Shown here one piece after another: positions 63,744-64,000 of a stretch of 64,000 bases of DNA. The DNA is from Amoebidium appalachense. Its lineage: Eukaryota > Protista > Ichthyosporea. Position 1 is the stretch's first letter. Each line of letters opens with the position of its first letter. The stretch covers positions 5,931,264 to 5,995,263 of the forward strand of contig CAVNZM010000006.1 in NCBI GenBank assembly GCA_963693365.1. Direction: 5' to 3'. Made by a program: the position numbers and the translations under genes. The notes beneath the pieces were generated by a model. It saw only the letters and a list, made by a program, of their open reading frames with translations, was not told where the DNA came from and made no database searches.

Positions 63744-64000
63744 ATGAAGCCCAGCAGTCTTCGTCTCCTGGCCGTGCTCGGGGCTGCTTCCTGCCTGCCC
63801 TCTGCCCTGGGTGCTGCCTCCCCAACCACCGCCGCAGCAGCGCCATCGGCCCAGCCGGCCGGCTCAGAGCCAGCCACGTGGGACCCCAAAGTGCTGACGC
63901 TGCGCACAGGCACAGACACGGTCACGGAAAAGGGCGGAGACAAGAAAGAGGACCTCAAGGACGGCAAGAAGGATGACAAGAAGGAGGATTACGGCAAGAA
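63744..64000 (+). CDS. Secreted protein, 5' part (runs off the window)
   Basis: MKPSSLRLLAVLGAASCLPSALG signal peptide, then an A/P/T-rich linker and K/D-rich repeats (DKKEDLKDGKKDDKKED). GC-rich codon usage; open to the window end. Confidence 0.75.
   Translation, partial: MKPSSLRLLAVLGAASCLPSALGAASPTTAAAAPSAQPAGSEPATWDPKVLTLRTGTDTVTEKGGDKKEDLKDGKKDDKKEDYGK

Overview
Eukaryotic genomic DNA, probably from a unicellular opisthokont-like protist (inferred from the domain content). It has GT-AG introns packed with poly-G/poly-C runs and (GT/CA)n microsatellites. Almost all ORFs in the supplied track are low-complexity artefacts, so I reconstructed the real genes by reading exons and splice phases by eye. 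Left to right: (1) a minus-strand tandem array of three MBD-domain (BAZ2/SETDB1 TAM-like) genes, one near-complete and one truncated; (2) a frameshifted S8A subtilisin gene; (3) a ~24-kb, ~31-exon minus-strand gene encoding a ~920-aa RhoGEF(DH)-PH-C2-Vps62-like protein; (4) a 4-exon small secreted Cys-rich protein gene with an intronic MITE (8-bp TSD); (5) a BRI3-like gene; (6) a 3.55-kb TIR-bounded PIF/Harbinger-ISL2EU-type transposon with an intact THAP-HTH-DDE transposase and a convergent FEN1/EXO1/XPG-family N-domain ORF; (7) a frameshifted F-box/LRR gene; (8) the 5' end of a secreted protein gene. Introns contain two related retroposon-like repeat families that always end in poly(C). The youngest family appears to have a 5S-rRNA-like head. 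All homology calls come from motif recognition; no database search was run.
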